NCBI GenBank assembly: GCA_001464765.1
Contig: LNDV01000038.1
Location: forward strand, 128,311-192,310
Origin: Betaproteobacteria bacterium Ga0077526
Lineage (GTDB): Bacteria > Pseudomonadota > Gammaproteobacteria > Burkholderiales > Ga0077523
Direction: 5' to 3'
Length of the DNA: 64,000 bases
Part shown: piece by piece, positions 45,578-56,252 of the stretch
How positions within the stretch are numbered: position 1 is the first letter of the stretch
Layout of the letters: the number at the start of each line of letters is the position of its first letter
Translations under genes and position numbers: made by a program
The notes under the pieces: model-generated
The model's database searches: none
What the model was told of the DNA's origin: nothing
What the model saw: the letters and a program-made list of their open reading frames with translations, nothing else

Positions 45578-46924
45578 GTGGCAATCAAGGCGAGGCCCCG
45601 CCCCAAGGCGGCCCCCCGCGTAGGTTTCGTGTCGCTGGGCTGCCCCAAGGCCCTGGTGGATTCCGAGCAGATCCTCACCCGCCTGCGGGCCGAGGGCTAC
45701 GACATCTCCCCCAGCTACGGCGACGCCGATGTGGTGGTCGTGAACACCTGCGGCTTCATCGATTCGGCCGTGGAGGAATCCCTCGACGCCATCGGCGAAG
45801 CCCTCCAGGAGAATGGCAAGGTCATCGTCACGGGCTGCCTGGGTGCCAAGGGCTCTGTCGTGAAGGAGGAACACCCCCAGGTCCTGGCGGTGACCGGTCC
45901 CCACGCCACCGACGAAGTCATGGCGGCGATCCACGAGCACCTGCCCAAGCCCCATGACCCGTATGTCGACCTCGTGCCACCGCAGGGCATCAAGCTCACG
46001 CCGCGGCACTACGCGTACCTGAAGATCTCCGAAGGCTGCAACCACCGCTGCACGTTCTGCATCATCCCGTCCATGCGCGGCGACCTCGTGAGCCGGCCGG
46101 TGGGCGACGTCCTGCAGGAAGCCGAGCACCTCGTGCGGGCCGGCGTGAAGGAACTGCTGGTGATATCGCAGGACACAAGCGCCTACGGGGTGGACGTCAA
46201 GTACCGGACGGGCTTCTTCAAGGGCCGCCCGGTTCGCACGCGCATGACGGAACTGGTTTCGGCCCTGTCCGAATTCGGTGTCTGGGTACGCCTCCACTAC
46301 GTGTATCCGTATCCGCACGTGGACGAAGTCATCCCGCTGATGGCCGAAGGCAAGCTCCTGCCCTACCTGGATGTCCCATTCCAGCACGCGAGTCCCAGGA
46401 TTCTCAAGCGGATGCGGCGTCCGGCCAGCGCCGAGAACAACCTCGCGCGCATTCGCGGCTGGCGGCAGATCTGTCCGGACATCACGATCCGCTCCACGTT
46501 CATCGTCGGCTTTCCGGGCGAGACCGAGGAAGAGTTCGAATCCCTGCTCGATTTCCTTGACGAAGCCAAACTTGATCGCGTCGGCTGCTTCGCCTATTCG
46601 CCCGTGGAAGGCGCGGCGGCCAATGAGCTCGACGGTGCCGTTCCCGAGGAAGTGAAGGAGGAACGGCGGCAGCGTTTCATGGAACGGCAGGCTGCGATTT
46701 CCGAGAAGCGCCTTGCCCGTAAGGTCGGAAGCGAAATCGACGTGCTGATCGACGGCGCGGAAGGCAGCGACGCCATCGGCCGGTCGGCTGGCGACGCCCC
46801 GGAAATCGACGGGGTGGTGTATGTGGCCGATGCTGCCGAACTCCCGCCCGGTACCCTGGTGCGAGTGCGCGTGGTCGCAGCAGACACGCACGATCTGCAC
46901 GCCGAGCTCGTTCCGGCGAGCTGA
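45578..46924 (+). CDS. rimO: ribosomal protein S12 methylthiotransferase
   Basis: [28 protein letters not shown] radical-SAM motif, C-terminal TRAM domain (APEIDG); GTG start approximate. Confidence 0.96.
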   Translation: MAIKARPRPKAAPRVGFVSLGCPKALVDSEQILTRLRAEGYDISPSYGDADVVVVNTCGFIDSAVEESLDAIGEALQENGKVIVTGCLGAKGSVVKEEHPQVLAVTGPHATDEVMAAIHEHLPKPHDPYVDLVPPQGIKLTPRHYAYLKISEGCNHRCTFCIIPSMRGDLVSRPVGDVLQEAEHLVRAGVKELLVISQDTSAYGVDVKYRTGFFKGRPVRTRMTELVSALSEFGVWVRLHYVYPYPHVDEVIPLMAEGKLLPYLDVPFQHASPRILKRMRRPASAENNLARIRGWRQICPDITIRSTFIVGFPGETEEEFESLLDFLDEAKLDRVGCFAYSPVEGAAANELDGAVPEEVKEERRQRFMERQAAISEKRLARKVGSEIDVLIDGAEGSDAIGRSAGDAPEIDGVVYVADAAELPPGTLVRVRVVAADTHDLHAELVPAS

Positions 46925-46983
46925 GCCCATGGCACGATCCGGGCGTTCACGCCTCGTCGTGTCTCGCCTGGACTGAAACGCCC

Positions 46984-47370
46984 ATGTGGCAACGTGTGAA
47001 AGCGTGGGCCAGGCGGCTCAAGGCAGACGTCCTCACCCTCTGGTTCTGTGCGCGCGACCCACGCACGCCGTGGGCGCCCAAGCTGCTCGCCGCCGCCCTC
47101 GCCGCCTACGCGTTGAGCCCCATCGATCTCATCCCGGACTTCATTCCCGTCCTGGGCTATCTGGACGAGGTGATCCTCCTGCCGATCGGGATCTGGATCT
47201 GCCTCGCGATGATTCCACCGCACGTGCTGGCCGACGGGCGCCGCCAGACCGAGGAATGGCTGGCCGCGAAGCGCGGCAAGCCGACAAGCTATGCCGGCAT
47301 GGCCTTCATCCTCGGCGTCTGGATCGTGGTCGCGGCGGTCGTGGCCTGGGCACTGCTGCGCGAACCCTGA
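46984..47370 (+). CDS. YkvA/DUF1232 membrane protein
   Basis: DPRTPW...YALSPIDLIPDFIPVLGYLD. Confidence 0.9.
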   Translation: MWQRVKAWARRLKADVLTLWFCARDPRTPWAPKLLAAALAAYALSPIDLIPDFIPVLGYLDEVILLPIGIWICLAMIPPHVLADGRRQTEEWLAAKRGKPTSYAGMAFILGVWIVVAAVVAWALLREP

Positions 47371-47382
47371 TCCCTTCCGATC

Positions 47383-49323
47383 TCACGACACCGGCGCAGC
47401 AGCCCCAGCGAGAAAAGCCACGGCGTCATCACGCACGCGCGTTCTTCGCATCGGCGGCAGGCTCTGCCAGATCCGTCGTCCGTAGGGCTTCCCCACCAGT
47501 CGCGGGTCGCAGATCATGAGGACCCCCGTGTCGGTCTCGTCACGGATGAGGCGCCCCGCGCCCTGCTTGAGGGTGATCACCGCCTGCGGCAGCTGATACT
47601 CCATGAACGGATTGCCGCCGGCCTCGCGGATTCGATCGATTCTTGCCTGCAGAACCGGATCGTCGGGCGGCGCGAACGGAAGCCGGTCGATCACCACGAG
47701 CGAGAGCGTCGGTCCGCGTACATCCACTCCCTCCCAGAACGACTGACTCCCCACCAGCACCGCATTGCCCAACGCGCGGAAGCGGCTCAGCAGTTCGGTC
47801 TTCCCGCTGTCGCCCTGCACCAGCACCGGATAAGGCAGCCCGCGGAACTCGAAGGCGGCGCGCAGTTTCTCCGCCGCGAAGCGCATCGCCCGCAGACTCG
47901 TGAAGAGGCAGAACGCCCTGCCGCCACTTGCTTCGATGAGCGGCAGCGCCGCGTCGACGACAGCCTGGGTGTAGCCCTCCGTATTCGGATCGGGCAGACC
48001 TTCCGGCACGTAGAGGAGCGCCTGATGGTCGTAGTCGAACGGACTGTCCCAGCAGGCCGTCTGCGCGCCGTCGAGCCCGAGTTCCGCGAGGTAGTGGCCG
48101 AAGTCCCCGCGCACGGAGAGCGTCGCGGATGTGAGGATCCAGGCTCGCGCATGCCCCGTGACCTGCTTGCGGAAGATGGAGCCCACCGAAAGTGGCGTGG
48201 CGTTGAGCTGCAGCGAAGTCGCGAACACCTCCACCCAGTAGATCGCATCCTGATCCAGAGCACGATGCCATCGTTCCAGCGCAGCCTGCAGTTCCATCGC
48301 GCGCTCCGCGCATCGCTGCAGGCCTTCGCTGCGTTCGGCCTGGGTCTCGAGCAGGGCTGACAGGTGTGCGAGGGCACCGAGAAGCGTGTCGACTGCCACG
48401 CCGAATCCGGGTTTGCGCCGCGCCTCATCGGAAGACATGCGACCGTTATCGTTCGCCATGCACAGCCGCAGATCGCGGGCCGCCTTGTCCGCTCCCCGCG
48501 CGGCTTCCGTGAGTTCGGGAAAATCCTTTGCGTGTGCGGCGGCCTCCATCCGGGTGTCGCGGGCCAGGTCCACCACCTGGGCCGTGGCAAACCGTTCGCC
48601 GAAGAACGTGCTCGCCGTCTCCGGCAGCTGATGGGCCTCGTCGAGGATCACGGTGTTGCAGCTGGGCAGCAGTTCGGCCACGCCCTCGTCCCGGAGCATC
48701 ACGTCCGCGAAGAACAGGTGGTGGTTCACGACGACCACGTCGGCTTCGAGCGCGTCCTTGCGCGCCTTCATCACGAAACAGTCCTTGTAGTGCGGACACT
48801 CGTTGCCCAGGCAGCTCTCGCGCGTGGAGGTGACGAGCCCCCAAACCGACGCGTCCTCGGGTACTTCCGCGAGGCCGGCGCGATCGCCCGAGGGGCTGGT
48901 GCGGGCGTAGCGCCCGATGGCTTCGAGGTAAGCCACGTCCGCCCGGCTCTCGAGACGGCCGTCCGTGCGCGCGCGCTCCAGATGCTGGAGACACAGATAG
49001 TTCGACCGGCCCTTGAGCAGCGCGATGGTCACCGGCATGCCGAGCGCCTCCCTCACGAGGGGCAGATCGCGCTGGAACAGCTGATCCTGAAGCGTCTTGG
49101 TGCCCGTGGAAACGATCACCTTGCCACCGGACGCCAGCGCCGGGACCAGATACGCGAAGGTCTTGCCGGTGCCCGTTCCAGCCTCCGCCACCAGCACTTC
49201 CTGGTGCGTCATGGCCTGCGCGATCGCGCGCGCCATTTCGAGCTGCTGGGGGCGGACCGAGAATCCGGGAACCGCGCGCGCCAGCGGGCCATCCGCAGAG
49301 AAGTAGTCGTCGATGTCGGGCAT
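47383..49323 (-). CDS. DinG/YoaA-family Fe-S DNA helicase
   Basis: EAGTGTGKT, KGRSNYLC, Cys cluster (SCLGNECPHYKDC), DEAH, SATL, FWEGVD, QGAGRLIR. Confidence 0.93.
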   Translation of the reverse strand: MPDIDDYFSADGPLARAVPGFSVRPQQLEMARAIAQAMTHQEVLVAEAGTGTGKTFAYLVPALASGGKVIVSTGTKTLQDQLFQRDLPLVREALGMPVTIALLKGRSNYLCLQHLERARTDGRLESRADVAYLEAIGRYARTSPSGDRAGLAEVPEDASVWGLVTSTRESCLGNECPHYKDCFVMKARKDALEADVVVVNHHLFFADVMLRDEGVAELLPSCNTVILDEAHQLPETASTFFGERFATAQVVDLARDTRMEAAAHAKDFPELTEAARGADKAARDLRLCMANDNGRMSSDEARRKPGFGVAVDTLLGALAHLSALLETQAERSEGLQRCAERAMELQAALERWHRALDQDAIYWVEVFATSLQLNATPLSVGSIFRKQVTGHARAWILTSATLSVRGDFGHYLAELGLDGAQTACWDSPFDYDHQALLYVPEGLPDPNTEGYTQAVVDAALPLIEASGGRAFCLFTSLRAMRFAAEKLRAAFEFRGLPYPVLVQGDSGKTELLSRFRALGNAVLVGSQSFWEGVDVRGPTLSLVVIDRLPFAPPDDPVLQARIDRIREAGGNPFMEYQLPQAVITLKQGAGRLIRDETDTGVLMICDPRLVGKPYGRRIWQSLPPMRRTRVRDDAVAFLAGAAAPVS

Positions 49324-49501
49324 GGGAACCTGGATTCTAGGCAATCTCGCCGGCATCGGGGCGATTCACGCCGCGTCGACAGGCGCATGCATCAGAGCAG
49401 AGCGCATCCGCATCATGCCGAACACTGCATCGGTGTCCGATCGCGCTTTCCGGCACTCAGGCTCGACGTCCGGACACGGTCAGTAGCGGCCGGGCTGGAC
49501 C

Positions 49502-50914
49502 TCAGTCCGCGCAGTGGCGCTCGATGTAGGCCTTGACCACAGCGACGTCCGGATCCACAACCTCGAAGCGGCGCGGCCGGGCCTCGAGATCCTCGAAGCC
49601 CGGAGGTCTCGGGGCTTCCTCGCCGAGGGCCTCGCGGATCGTGTCTGCGAACTTGGCGGGCAGCGCCGTCTCCAGGCAGATCATGGGCACGCCGGGTTCG
49701 CGATAGGCTTCGGCCGCCTTCAATCCGTCGGCCGTATGCGTGTCGACGACCACACCGTACTTCTCACGAACGCGACGGATGGTCGCCAGCCGGTCGGCAT
49801 GGGAACTGCGGCTGGACACGAAGCCGAACTCGGCGATCCGCGCGAAGTGAGGAGTCCCCGCCAGGTCGAAGGCGCCGCCCTTGTCCACGGATTTCCAGAG
49901 GTCCGCGACCACGTCACCGCGCCGGCCCACGAGATCGAACACGAAACGCTCGAAGTTGGATGCCTTCGAGATATCCATCGACGGACTGCTGGTCTGGAAT
50001 ACGTCCGCCGAGGCGCGAACGCGATAGGAACCCGTGCGAAAGAACTCGTCCAGCACGTCGTTCTCGTTGGTCGCCGCAACAAGCCGCCGCACGGGCAGAC
50101 CCATCATGCGTGCCACATGGCCGGCACACACGTTCCCGAAGTTGCCGGAGGGCACGGAGAAGCTCACCTGCTCGTCGTTGCTCCGGGTCGTCGCGAAGTA
50201 CGCCTTGAAGTAGTAGACGACCTGGGCCATGAGACGCGCCCAGTTGATGGAGTTGACGGTACCGATCCGGTACTTCGCCTTGAAGGCGAGATCGTTCGAC
50301 ACGGCCTTCACGATGTCCTGGCAGTCGTCGAACACGCCACGCACCGCGAGGTTGAAGATGTTCGCGTCCTGCAGCGAGTACATCTGCGCGGTCTGGAAGG
50401 GGCTCATCTTGCCGTTCGGCGAGAGCATGAACACGCGCACACCGCGCTTGCCGCGCATCGCGTACTCTGCCGCCGAACCCGTGTCGCCCGAAGTCGCACC
50501 GAGAATGTTGAGCGTCTCGCCGCGTTTGGCCAGGACGTACTCGAACAGGTTGCCGAGCAACTGCATCGCAACGTCCTTGAACGCGAGCGTCGGGCCGTTC
50601 GACAGATGCAGGACGTGCAGGCCGGGTTCGAGCGTAGACACGGGCGTGATGTCTTCGGAGCCGAACGCCTTCGCGGTGTAGGTACGATCGACCAGCGTCC
50701 GCAGGTCTGCCGCCGGGATGTCTTCCATGAACAGCCGGAAGATCTCGTAGGCGAGATCGCGATAGCCCAGCGGGCGCCAGGCGGCGAGCGTGCGGGCATC
50801 CACGACCGGATAGGCGTCGGGGATGCTGAGGCCGCCGTCCGGCGCGAGCCCTTCCAGCAGGATGTCGGTGAAGGGCGCGGGCGCCATGCCGCCGCGGGTG
50901 GAGATGTACTTCAT
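49502..50914 (-). CDS. thrC: threonine synthase
   Basis: MKYISTRG, GLAPDGGL, GPTLAFKD (PLP Lys), ATSGDTGSAA, NSINWAR, VPSGNFGN. Confidence 0.96.
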   Translation of the reverse strand: MKYISTRGGMAPAPFTDILLEGLAPDGGLSIPDAYPVVDARTLAAWRPLGYRDLAYEIFRLFMEDIPAADLRTLVDRTYTAKAFGSEDITPVSTLEPGLHVLHLSNGPTLAFKDVAMQLLGNLFEYVLAKRGETLNILGATSGDTGSAAEYAMRGKRGVRVFMLSPNGKMSPFQTAQMYSLQDANIFNLAVRGVFDDCQDIVKAVSNDLAFKAKYRIGTVNSINWARLMAQVVYYFKAYFATTRSNDEQVSFSVPSGNFGNVCAGHVARMMGLPVRRLVAATNENDVLDEFFRTGSYRVRASADVFQTSSPSMDISKASNFERFVFDLVGRRGDVVADLWKSVDKGGAFDLAGTPHFARIAEFGFVSSRSSHADRLATIRRVREKYGVVVDTHTADGLKAAEAYREPGVPMICLETALPAKFADTIREALGEEAPRPPGFEDLEARPRRFEVVDPDVAVVKAYIERHCAD

Positions 50915-50945
50915 CGTGCGGACCTCGGGACGCGTGCGAGCGGAC

Positions 50946-52262
50946 TCAATGCCGGCCCAGTTCTTCGAGACGGATACGGGTCACCTTGCCGGAGACGCTG
51001 GGCAGCGCCTCCATGCGGGCGATCGCCGCGTTGACGTGCTTCTCGACGGTGAGGTGGGTGAGCATCACGATGTCCGCATGCTCCTCCCCTTCGGCCGGTT
51101 CCTTCTGCACCATCGCGTCGATGGAGATCGTGTGATCCGCGAGGATGCGCGTGATGTCGGCGAGCACGCCGGGCCGGTCGTAAACACGCAGACGCAGGTA
51201 ATACGCGGTCTCCACGTCCTCCATCGGGAGGATGGGAAAGTCGCTCAACTGGTCCGGCTGGAACGCGAGGTGCGGCACGCGGTTCTCGGGGTCGGAGGTC
51301 TGCATGCGCGTGATGTCGACGAGGTCGGCCACGACGGCCGATGCCGTGGGCTCCGCCCCCGCGCCCGCGCCGTAATAGAGCGTGGCGCCGACGGCATCGC
51401 CCTTCACCAGCACGGCGTTCATCACGCCCTCCACGTTCGCGATGAGCCGGCGCGCGGGGATGAGGGTCGGATGCACGCGCAGTTCGATGCCCTTCGCGGT
51501 GCGACGGGTGATCCCCAGCAGCTTGATGCGATAGCCCAGCTGCTCGGCGTAACGGATGTCCTCACGCGTGAGGCGCGCAATGCCTTCGGTGTAGGCGCGA
51601 TCGAACTGCATTGGAATGCCGAAGGCGATGGCCGCCATGATCGTGAGCTTGTGTGCGGCGTCGATGCCCTCGATGTCGAAGGTCGGGTCGGCCTCCGCGT
51701 ATCCGAGCCGCTGGGCTTCCTGCAGCACGGTGTCGAAGGCGGCCCCCTTATCGCGCATCTCCGACAGGATGAAGTTGGACGTGCCGTTGATGATGCCCGC
51801 CACCCACTCGATGCGGTTGGCCGTGAGGCCTTCGCGGAGTGCCTTGATGATCGGAATGCCGCCCGCCACTGCGGCCTCGAAGGCGACCATCACGCCCTTC
51901 GCGCGGGCCGCGGCGAAGATCTCGTTGCCGTGCGTCGCGAGCAGCGCCTTGTTGGCGGTCACCACGTGCTTGCCGTTCTCGATCGCGGCGAGGATCAGGT
52001 CCTTCGCCACCGTATAGCCGCCGATCAGCTCGATCACGATGTCGATGGAGGGGTCCCGGACGACCGAAAAGGCGTCGTCCGTGACTTGTGCGGCATCGCC
52101 GACGATTTCGCGGGCGCGGTCGACCGCCTTGTCCGCAACAACGGCGATCTCGATCCCCCGGCCCGCGCGGCGGAGGATCTCCTCCTGGTTGCGCCTGAGC
52201 ACGCGGAACACGCCGCCGCCCACCGTGCCGATACCGAGCAATCCGACCTTTATGGGGTTCAT
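50946..52262 (-). CDS. hom: homoserine dehydrogenase with C-terminal ACT domain
   Basis: GIGTVGGG, VTANK, EAAVAGGIP, NGTSNFIL, GYAEADP, DRPGVLA. Confidence 0.96.
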   Translation of the reverse strand: MNPIKVGLLGIGTVGGGVFRVLRRNQEEILRRAGRGIEIAVVADKAVDRAREIVGDAAQVTDDAFSVVRDPSIDIVIELIGGYTVAKDLILAAIENGKHVVTANKALLATHGNEIFAAARAKGVMVAFEAAVAGGIPIIKALREGLTANRIEWVAGIINGTSNFILSEMRDKGAAFDTVLQEAQRLGYAEADPTFDIEGIDAAHKLTIMAAIAFGIPMQFDRAYTEGIARLTREDIRYAEQLGYRIKLLGITRRTAKGIELRVHPTLIPARRLIANVEGVMNAVLVKGDAVGATLYYGAGAGAEPTASAVVADLVDITRMQTSDPENRVPHLAFQPDQLSDFPILPMEDVETAYYLRLRVYDRPGVLADITRILADHTISIDAMVQKEPAEGEEHADIVMLTHLTVEKHVNAAIARMEALPSVSGKVTRIRLEELGRH

Positions 52263-52708
52263 CCCAATGCCTTTCTGAAACTGAAACTGGTCACGAAGTA
52301 CCCTTCGCGGAAGTAGAAGCGATGCGCCCGCGTGCGCTGCGTGCCGGACTCGAGATCGATGTTGCCGGCGCCGCGCGCCCGCGCCTCCTGTTCCAGCCAG
52401 GAGAGCAGCGCGTGCCCGACGCCCGTGGATCGCTGCGAGTCATCGGTCACCAGATCGTCCACATAGAAGCGGCGGCCGACATGGGTGTTCGCGAAGCATC
52501 GGAACACCGCGACACCGGCGACCTCGCCGTCGAGGACGGCCACCGCCATTTCCCCGCCTTCGCGGAAGATGCCGTTCATCTGTGACACGTAATCGGTCGA
52601 GAGGTCGGGACGAAGTTGCCGATGCACGCGCTCTGCCCGGGCGAGCCATTGCGGTTCCAGCACCGTCCCGGCGCGATCGGCGACGCGGAAGACGGCGGGC
52701 GCGGTCAT
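52259..52708 (-). CDS. GNAT family N-acetyltransferase
   Basis: [34 protein letters not shown]; ATGA overlaps with both neighbours. Confidence 0.9.
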   Translation of the reverse strand: MTAPAVFRVADRAGTVLEPQWLARAERVHRQLRPDLSTDYVSQMNGIFREGGEMAVAVLDGEVAGVAVFRCFANTHVGRRFYVDDLVTDDSQRSTGVGHALLSWLEQEARARGAGNIDLESGTQRTRAHRFYFREGYFVTSFSFRKALG

Positions 52709-53913
52709 CCGGCCTTGGCCTGCGCGGCCGACAGCAGCCCGTCGCGGCGGAACATGTCGCGGATGCCGCGGACTGCCTGGCGGATCCGGGCTTCGTTCTC
52801 GATGAGCGAGAACCGCACGTGGTCGTCGCCGTAGTCGCCGAACCCGATGCCGGGCGAGACTGCTACCTTGGCTTCCGCCAGAAGCTTCTTGGAGAATTCG
52901 AGGGAGCCCATGGCGCGATACGGCTCGGGGATCTGCGCCCAGATGTACATGGTCGCCTTCGGGATCTCCACCATCCAGTCCACGGCATGCAGGCCGGTGG
53001 CAAGCACGTCGCGCCGGCGCTGGTACATGGACTGGATCTCGGTGACGCAATCCTGCGGGCCTTCCAGCGCCACGATCGAGGCGATCTGGATGGGCGTGAA
53101 GGTGCCGTAGTCGTGGTAGCTCTTCATCCGCCCCAGCGCGGCGACGAGTTCCTTGTTGCCCACCATGAAGCCCACGCGCCAGCCGGCCATGTTGTAGCTC
53201 TTCGACAGCGTGAAGAACTCCACGGCGACGTCCGTCGCGCCGGGCACCTGCAGGATGGACGGGCACTTCCAGCCGTCGTACACGATGTCCGCGTAGGCCA
53301 GGTCGTGCACGACGAAGATGTCGTGCTCCCGGGCCAGCGCGACGATGCGCTCGAAGAACGGCAGTTCCACGCACTGGGCGGTGGGATTGGCCGGGAAGTT
53401 GAGGATGAGCATCTTGGGCTTCGGGTAGGAGTCGCGGATCGCACGCTCCAGTTCCTCGAAGAAGTCCCGTCCAGGCACGAGCGGCACGTGGCGGATGTCC
53501 GCTCCGGCGATGACCGGCCCGTAGATGTGGATCGGGTAGCTGGGATTGGGCACGAGCACGATGTCGCCGCGATCGAGCGTGGCGAGCGCGAGGTGGGCAA
53601 TGCCCTCCTTCGAACCGATGGTGACGATGGCCTCGCTGTCCGGATCGATGTCGACCTGGTAGCGGGTGCGGTACCAGTTGGCGATCGCCCGGCGCAGCCT
53701 CGGGATGCCCTTGGACACCGAATAGCGGTGGGTATCCAGCCTCTGGGCGGATTCCACGAGCTTGTCGACGATGTGGCGCGGCGTCGGCTGGTCGGGGTTG
53801 CCCATGCCGAAGTCGATGATGTCCTCCCCGCGCCGACGGGCGGCCGCCTTGAGCTCGCCGGTGATGTTGAACACGTAAGGCGGCAGGCGCTTAATGCGGG
53901 GAAACTCATGCAT
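52705..53913 (-). CDS. alaC: alanine transaminase (class I PLP aminotransferase)
   Basis: [39 protein letters not shown]. Confidence 0.92.
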   Translation of the reverse strand: MHEFPRIKRLPPYVFNITGELKAAARRRGEDIIDFGMGNPDQPTPRHIVDKLVESAQRLDTHRYSVSKGIPRLRRAIANWYRTRYQVDIDPDSEAIVTIGSKEGIAHLALATLDRGDIVLVPNPSYPIHIYGPVIAGADIRHVPLVPGRDFFEELERAIRDSYPKPKMLILNFPANPTAQCVELPFFERIVALAREHDIFVVHDLAYADIVYDGWKCPSILQVPGATDVAVEFFTLSKSYNMAGWRVGFMVGNKELVAALGRMKSYHDYGTFTPIQIASIVALEGPQDCVTEIQSMYQRRRDVLATGLHAVDWMVEIPKATMYIWAQIPEPYRAMGSLEFSKKLLAEAKVAVSPGIGFGDYGDDHVRFSLIENEARIRQAVRGIRDMFRRDGLLSAAQAKAG

Positions 53914-54009
53914 GAGAGGGAGACTCCGAAGACCCGGGTAATGGGGAACGAGGTAAAGTCCGCAATGTTAGTGGGCGCTCGGGAGTAGCGCAAACAGGAG
54001 GCACGGAAC

Positions 54010-54390
54010 TTGAAGCTTCATCTGGACAGATTCGAGGGCCAGAACGCGTTCTCCGGGTACGGCCCGGACCATGTGGCGGTCAACGGTGCCCCGTACCGGA
54101 CCAGCCTGATCGTGTTCCCCGACCGGATCGTTGACCCCTGGCCGGTACCGGCCCTGGAACACCTCTCGCCCGAATCGCTGGCAGGGATTGCCGCCGAACC
54201 CCTCGAAATCCTGCTGATCGGCACGGGCTGGACCCATGGGTTCGTGCACCCTCGGACCTACGGTGCCCTGCTCGGCGCCCGCATCGGCGTCGAAGTCATG
54301 GAGACCCGGGCCGCCTGCCGCACCTACAACATCCTGCTGGCCGAAGGCCGAAAGGTCGCCGCCGCGCTGATCCTGCCTGCCGGGAACTGA
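54010..54390 (+). CDS. Mth938-like (DUF498) protein
   Basis: LLIGTG, GVEVMETRAACRTYNILLAEGRKVAAAL; TTG start with GGAGG RBS. Confidence 0.92.
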   Translation: MKLHLDRFEGQNAFSGYGPDHVAVNGAPYRTSLIVFPDRIVDPWPVPALEHLSPESLAGIAAEPLEILLIGTGWTHGFVHPRTYGALLGARIGVEVMETRAACRTYNILLAEGRKVAAALILPAGN

Positions 54391-54411
54391 GGCTCGGACG
54401 GTATCCGCCCC

Positions 54412-56115
54412 TCAGCCGAGGCGGCTGGCCGGATCCCGCATGACCGTCGGATCGATCCCGATCCGTACAGCGCCCCAGTGGCGGCCGGCGACAGTCACGG
54501 GCATGGACAGATCGTTCAGCAGTTCCCCCGTATCCCGCAGATAGGTCTGAAGCAGGGAGGCGCTCCGGTTGCGCGCACTCTTCAGTGCCGTGTCGTCGTT
54601 GAAGATCCGCTTGTCGCGCGATGCCACCAGGTCACGGGTCCGATCCCCCGTCGGCGGCTGGCAGAACTGCCGGTTGTGGGTGGGCGCGTAGCCGTTCTCG
54701 TCCACGCAGATGGCGAACCGGGCGCCCGGCACCGAGGCGACCATCTCTTCCCCGAGACGCTGCAGTTCGGATTCGCAGACCCGGTCGTAGGCGGTCCGGA
54801 ACTTGGGCGGGTCGGTCCCCGGTATCGGCTGATAGCCGCGGTCGAACACGTTCACGCCCCGGGCGAACTGCCCCTCCAGGTACCCAGCCACATCGTCGCG
54901 GTAGGCCCGGGCCTGGCCGAGGATGCGGTCGAAGGTGCTGTCCCCCAGCCGGAAGGCCGATCCGAGTTCGAGAATGCCCTCCGAAGCGCTGCGCAGTTCA
55001 CCCGACCGCTCGTTCGCCGACTTCATGTGAGCGGTGACGGCCGCACTCGCATCGTGGATCTCGTTCACGCTGCCGTGGATGTCCGCATTGGATCGCCGCA
55101 CGCCGTCCAGCGCCGTGAGCATCCCGTCCAGTTCGCGGAACATGGTCTCGAAGGACACGACCATCGCGTCGAAGCTCTCGCTGGAATCCCGCACGACGTC
55201 CACCGTGCGGGACGTGTCGTCGTGAATGCGGTCCGTGTCGCGCGCGGTGGCTTCCACCAGATCGATCATCTCGCCGGTGCCCGTGGCAATGGTGCCCGTG
55301 GCCACCTTCACCCGCTCCGCCAGCTTGCGGACCTCATCGGCCACGACCGCGAAGCCGCGCCCCACCTCGCCGGCACGGGCAGCCTCGATGGCGGCATTCA
55401 GGGCAAGGAGGTTGGTCTGGTCGGAGATGTCGTTGATGAGCCCGCCGATGTCTCGGATGGAGCGCGAGTGTTCCGAAAGCTTGGAGACGTTCTCCCGGAA
55501 GGCTGCGAGGCTGGAGCGCACGGCGATCATCCGCGCTGCGACATCCCGGAGTTGCGCCGCCGAGGCGCGCGCCGTCTCGAGGTTCACGGTAGTGCTCTGC
55601 GCGACGGTCCCGGCCTGCTGGGACATGGACTCCACGGCCAGTGTCACTGCCTCGCTCTGCTGGAACACGCGTTCCGCGACTTCCTGCTGGGAGGCGGCTT
55701 CGCGCGCAGCTTCCTGGGTTTCGCGCAGGAGCCGGGCGGCCGACGTGGCGACGTCGATGCCGCCGTTGCGGGCCCGGCCCACGAGCGCCTCCACACGACC
55801 GCCGAACCGGGCGAGGCTGGCGCCCGCGTCCCCGTCCGTCGCGGCAAGAAGGGGCGAGACATCGCCTTCGTCGGAGGCGCGCTTCAGGATGTGCTCGAGT
55901 CTGCCGAGCACGCGAACGTGACGCCCGGCCATCCAGGTTCCCGCCACCCCGGCACCCACGATCGCTGCCAGCACCCCCCCAGCGGCAGCCCACGGGAGGT
56001 TGGCGCCGCCCCACACCCCGAGCCCGATGGCCAGGATGGGGAAGGCCGCTGCCACGGCAGGCGGTCCATAGGCTTCGACGATATGGGAGAAAGCACGGGA
56101 GGACGGACGGGCCAT
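54412..56115 (-). CDS. methyl-accepting chemotaxis protein with C-terminal extra (Cache-like) domain
   Basis: [38 protein letters not shown]; two adjacent N-terminal TM helices; C-terminal GTDPPKF...[10 protein letters not shown]...YLRDTGE...HWGAVR domain. Confidence 0.92.
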   Translation of the reverse strand: MARPSSRAFSHIVEAYGPPAVAAAFPILAIGLGVWGGANLPWAAAGGVLAAIVGAGVAGTWMAGRHVRVLGRLEHILKRASDEGDVSPLLAATDGDAGASLARFGGRVEALVGRARNGGIDVATSAARLLRETQEAAREAASQQEVAERVFQQSEAVTLAVESMSQQAGTVAQSTTVNLETARASAAQLRDVAARMIAVRSSLAAFRENVSKLSEHSRSIRDIGGLINDISDQTNLLALNAAIEAARAGEVGRGFAVVADEVRKLAERVKVATGTIATGTGEMIDLVEATARDTDRIHDDTSRTVDVVRDSSESFDAMVVSFETMFRELDGMLTALDGVRRSNADIHGSVNEIHDASAAVTAHMKSANERSGELRSASEGILELGSAFRLGDSTFDRILGQARAYRDDVAGYLEGQFARGVNVFDRGYQPIPGTDPPKFRTAYDRVCESELQRLGEEMVASVPGARFAICVDENGYAPTHNRQFCQPPTGDRTRDLVASRDKRIFNDDTALKSARNRSASLLQTYLRDTGELLNDLSMPVTVAGRHWGAVRIGIDPTVMRDPASRLG

Positions 56116-56147
56116 GGGAGGTTCCGGTCGATAGGGCGACGGGATCG

Positions 56148-56174
56148 ATAACGGCAGTCCGACCGGAAACTCCA
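56148..56174 (-). promoter_or_regulatory. sigma28 (FliA)-type promoter of the MCP gene
   Basis: Minus strand TGGAGTTT-N11-GCCGTTAT versus consensus TAAAGTTT-N11-GCCGATAA. Confidence 0.6.
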
Positions 56175-56252
56175 GTCAAGCCGCCGCCGGATCAGGGAAA
56201 CCACGGAAGGTGCGCCCAACCTGCGCGATCGGGTGGAATCTGCGGACCTTGC

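Noticed and set aside
49475-49487. 13-mer CACGGTCAGTAGC identical to the REP spacer/GTAG junction at 8471-8483
   Set aside because: No REP palindrome follows it; too short to distinguish from chance or a decayed remnant
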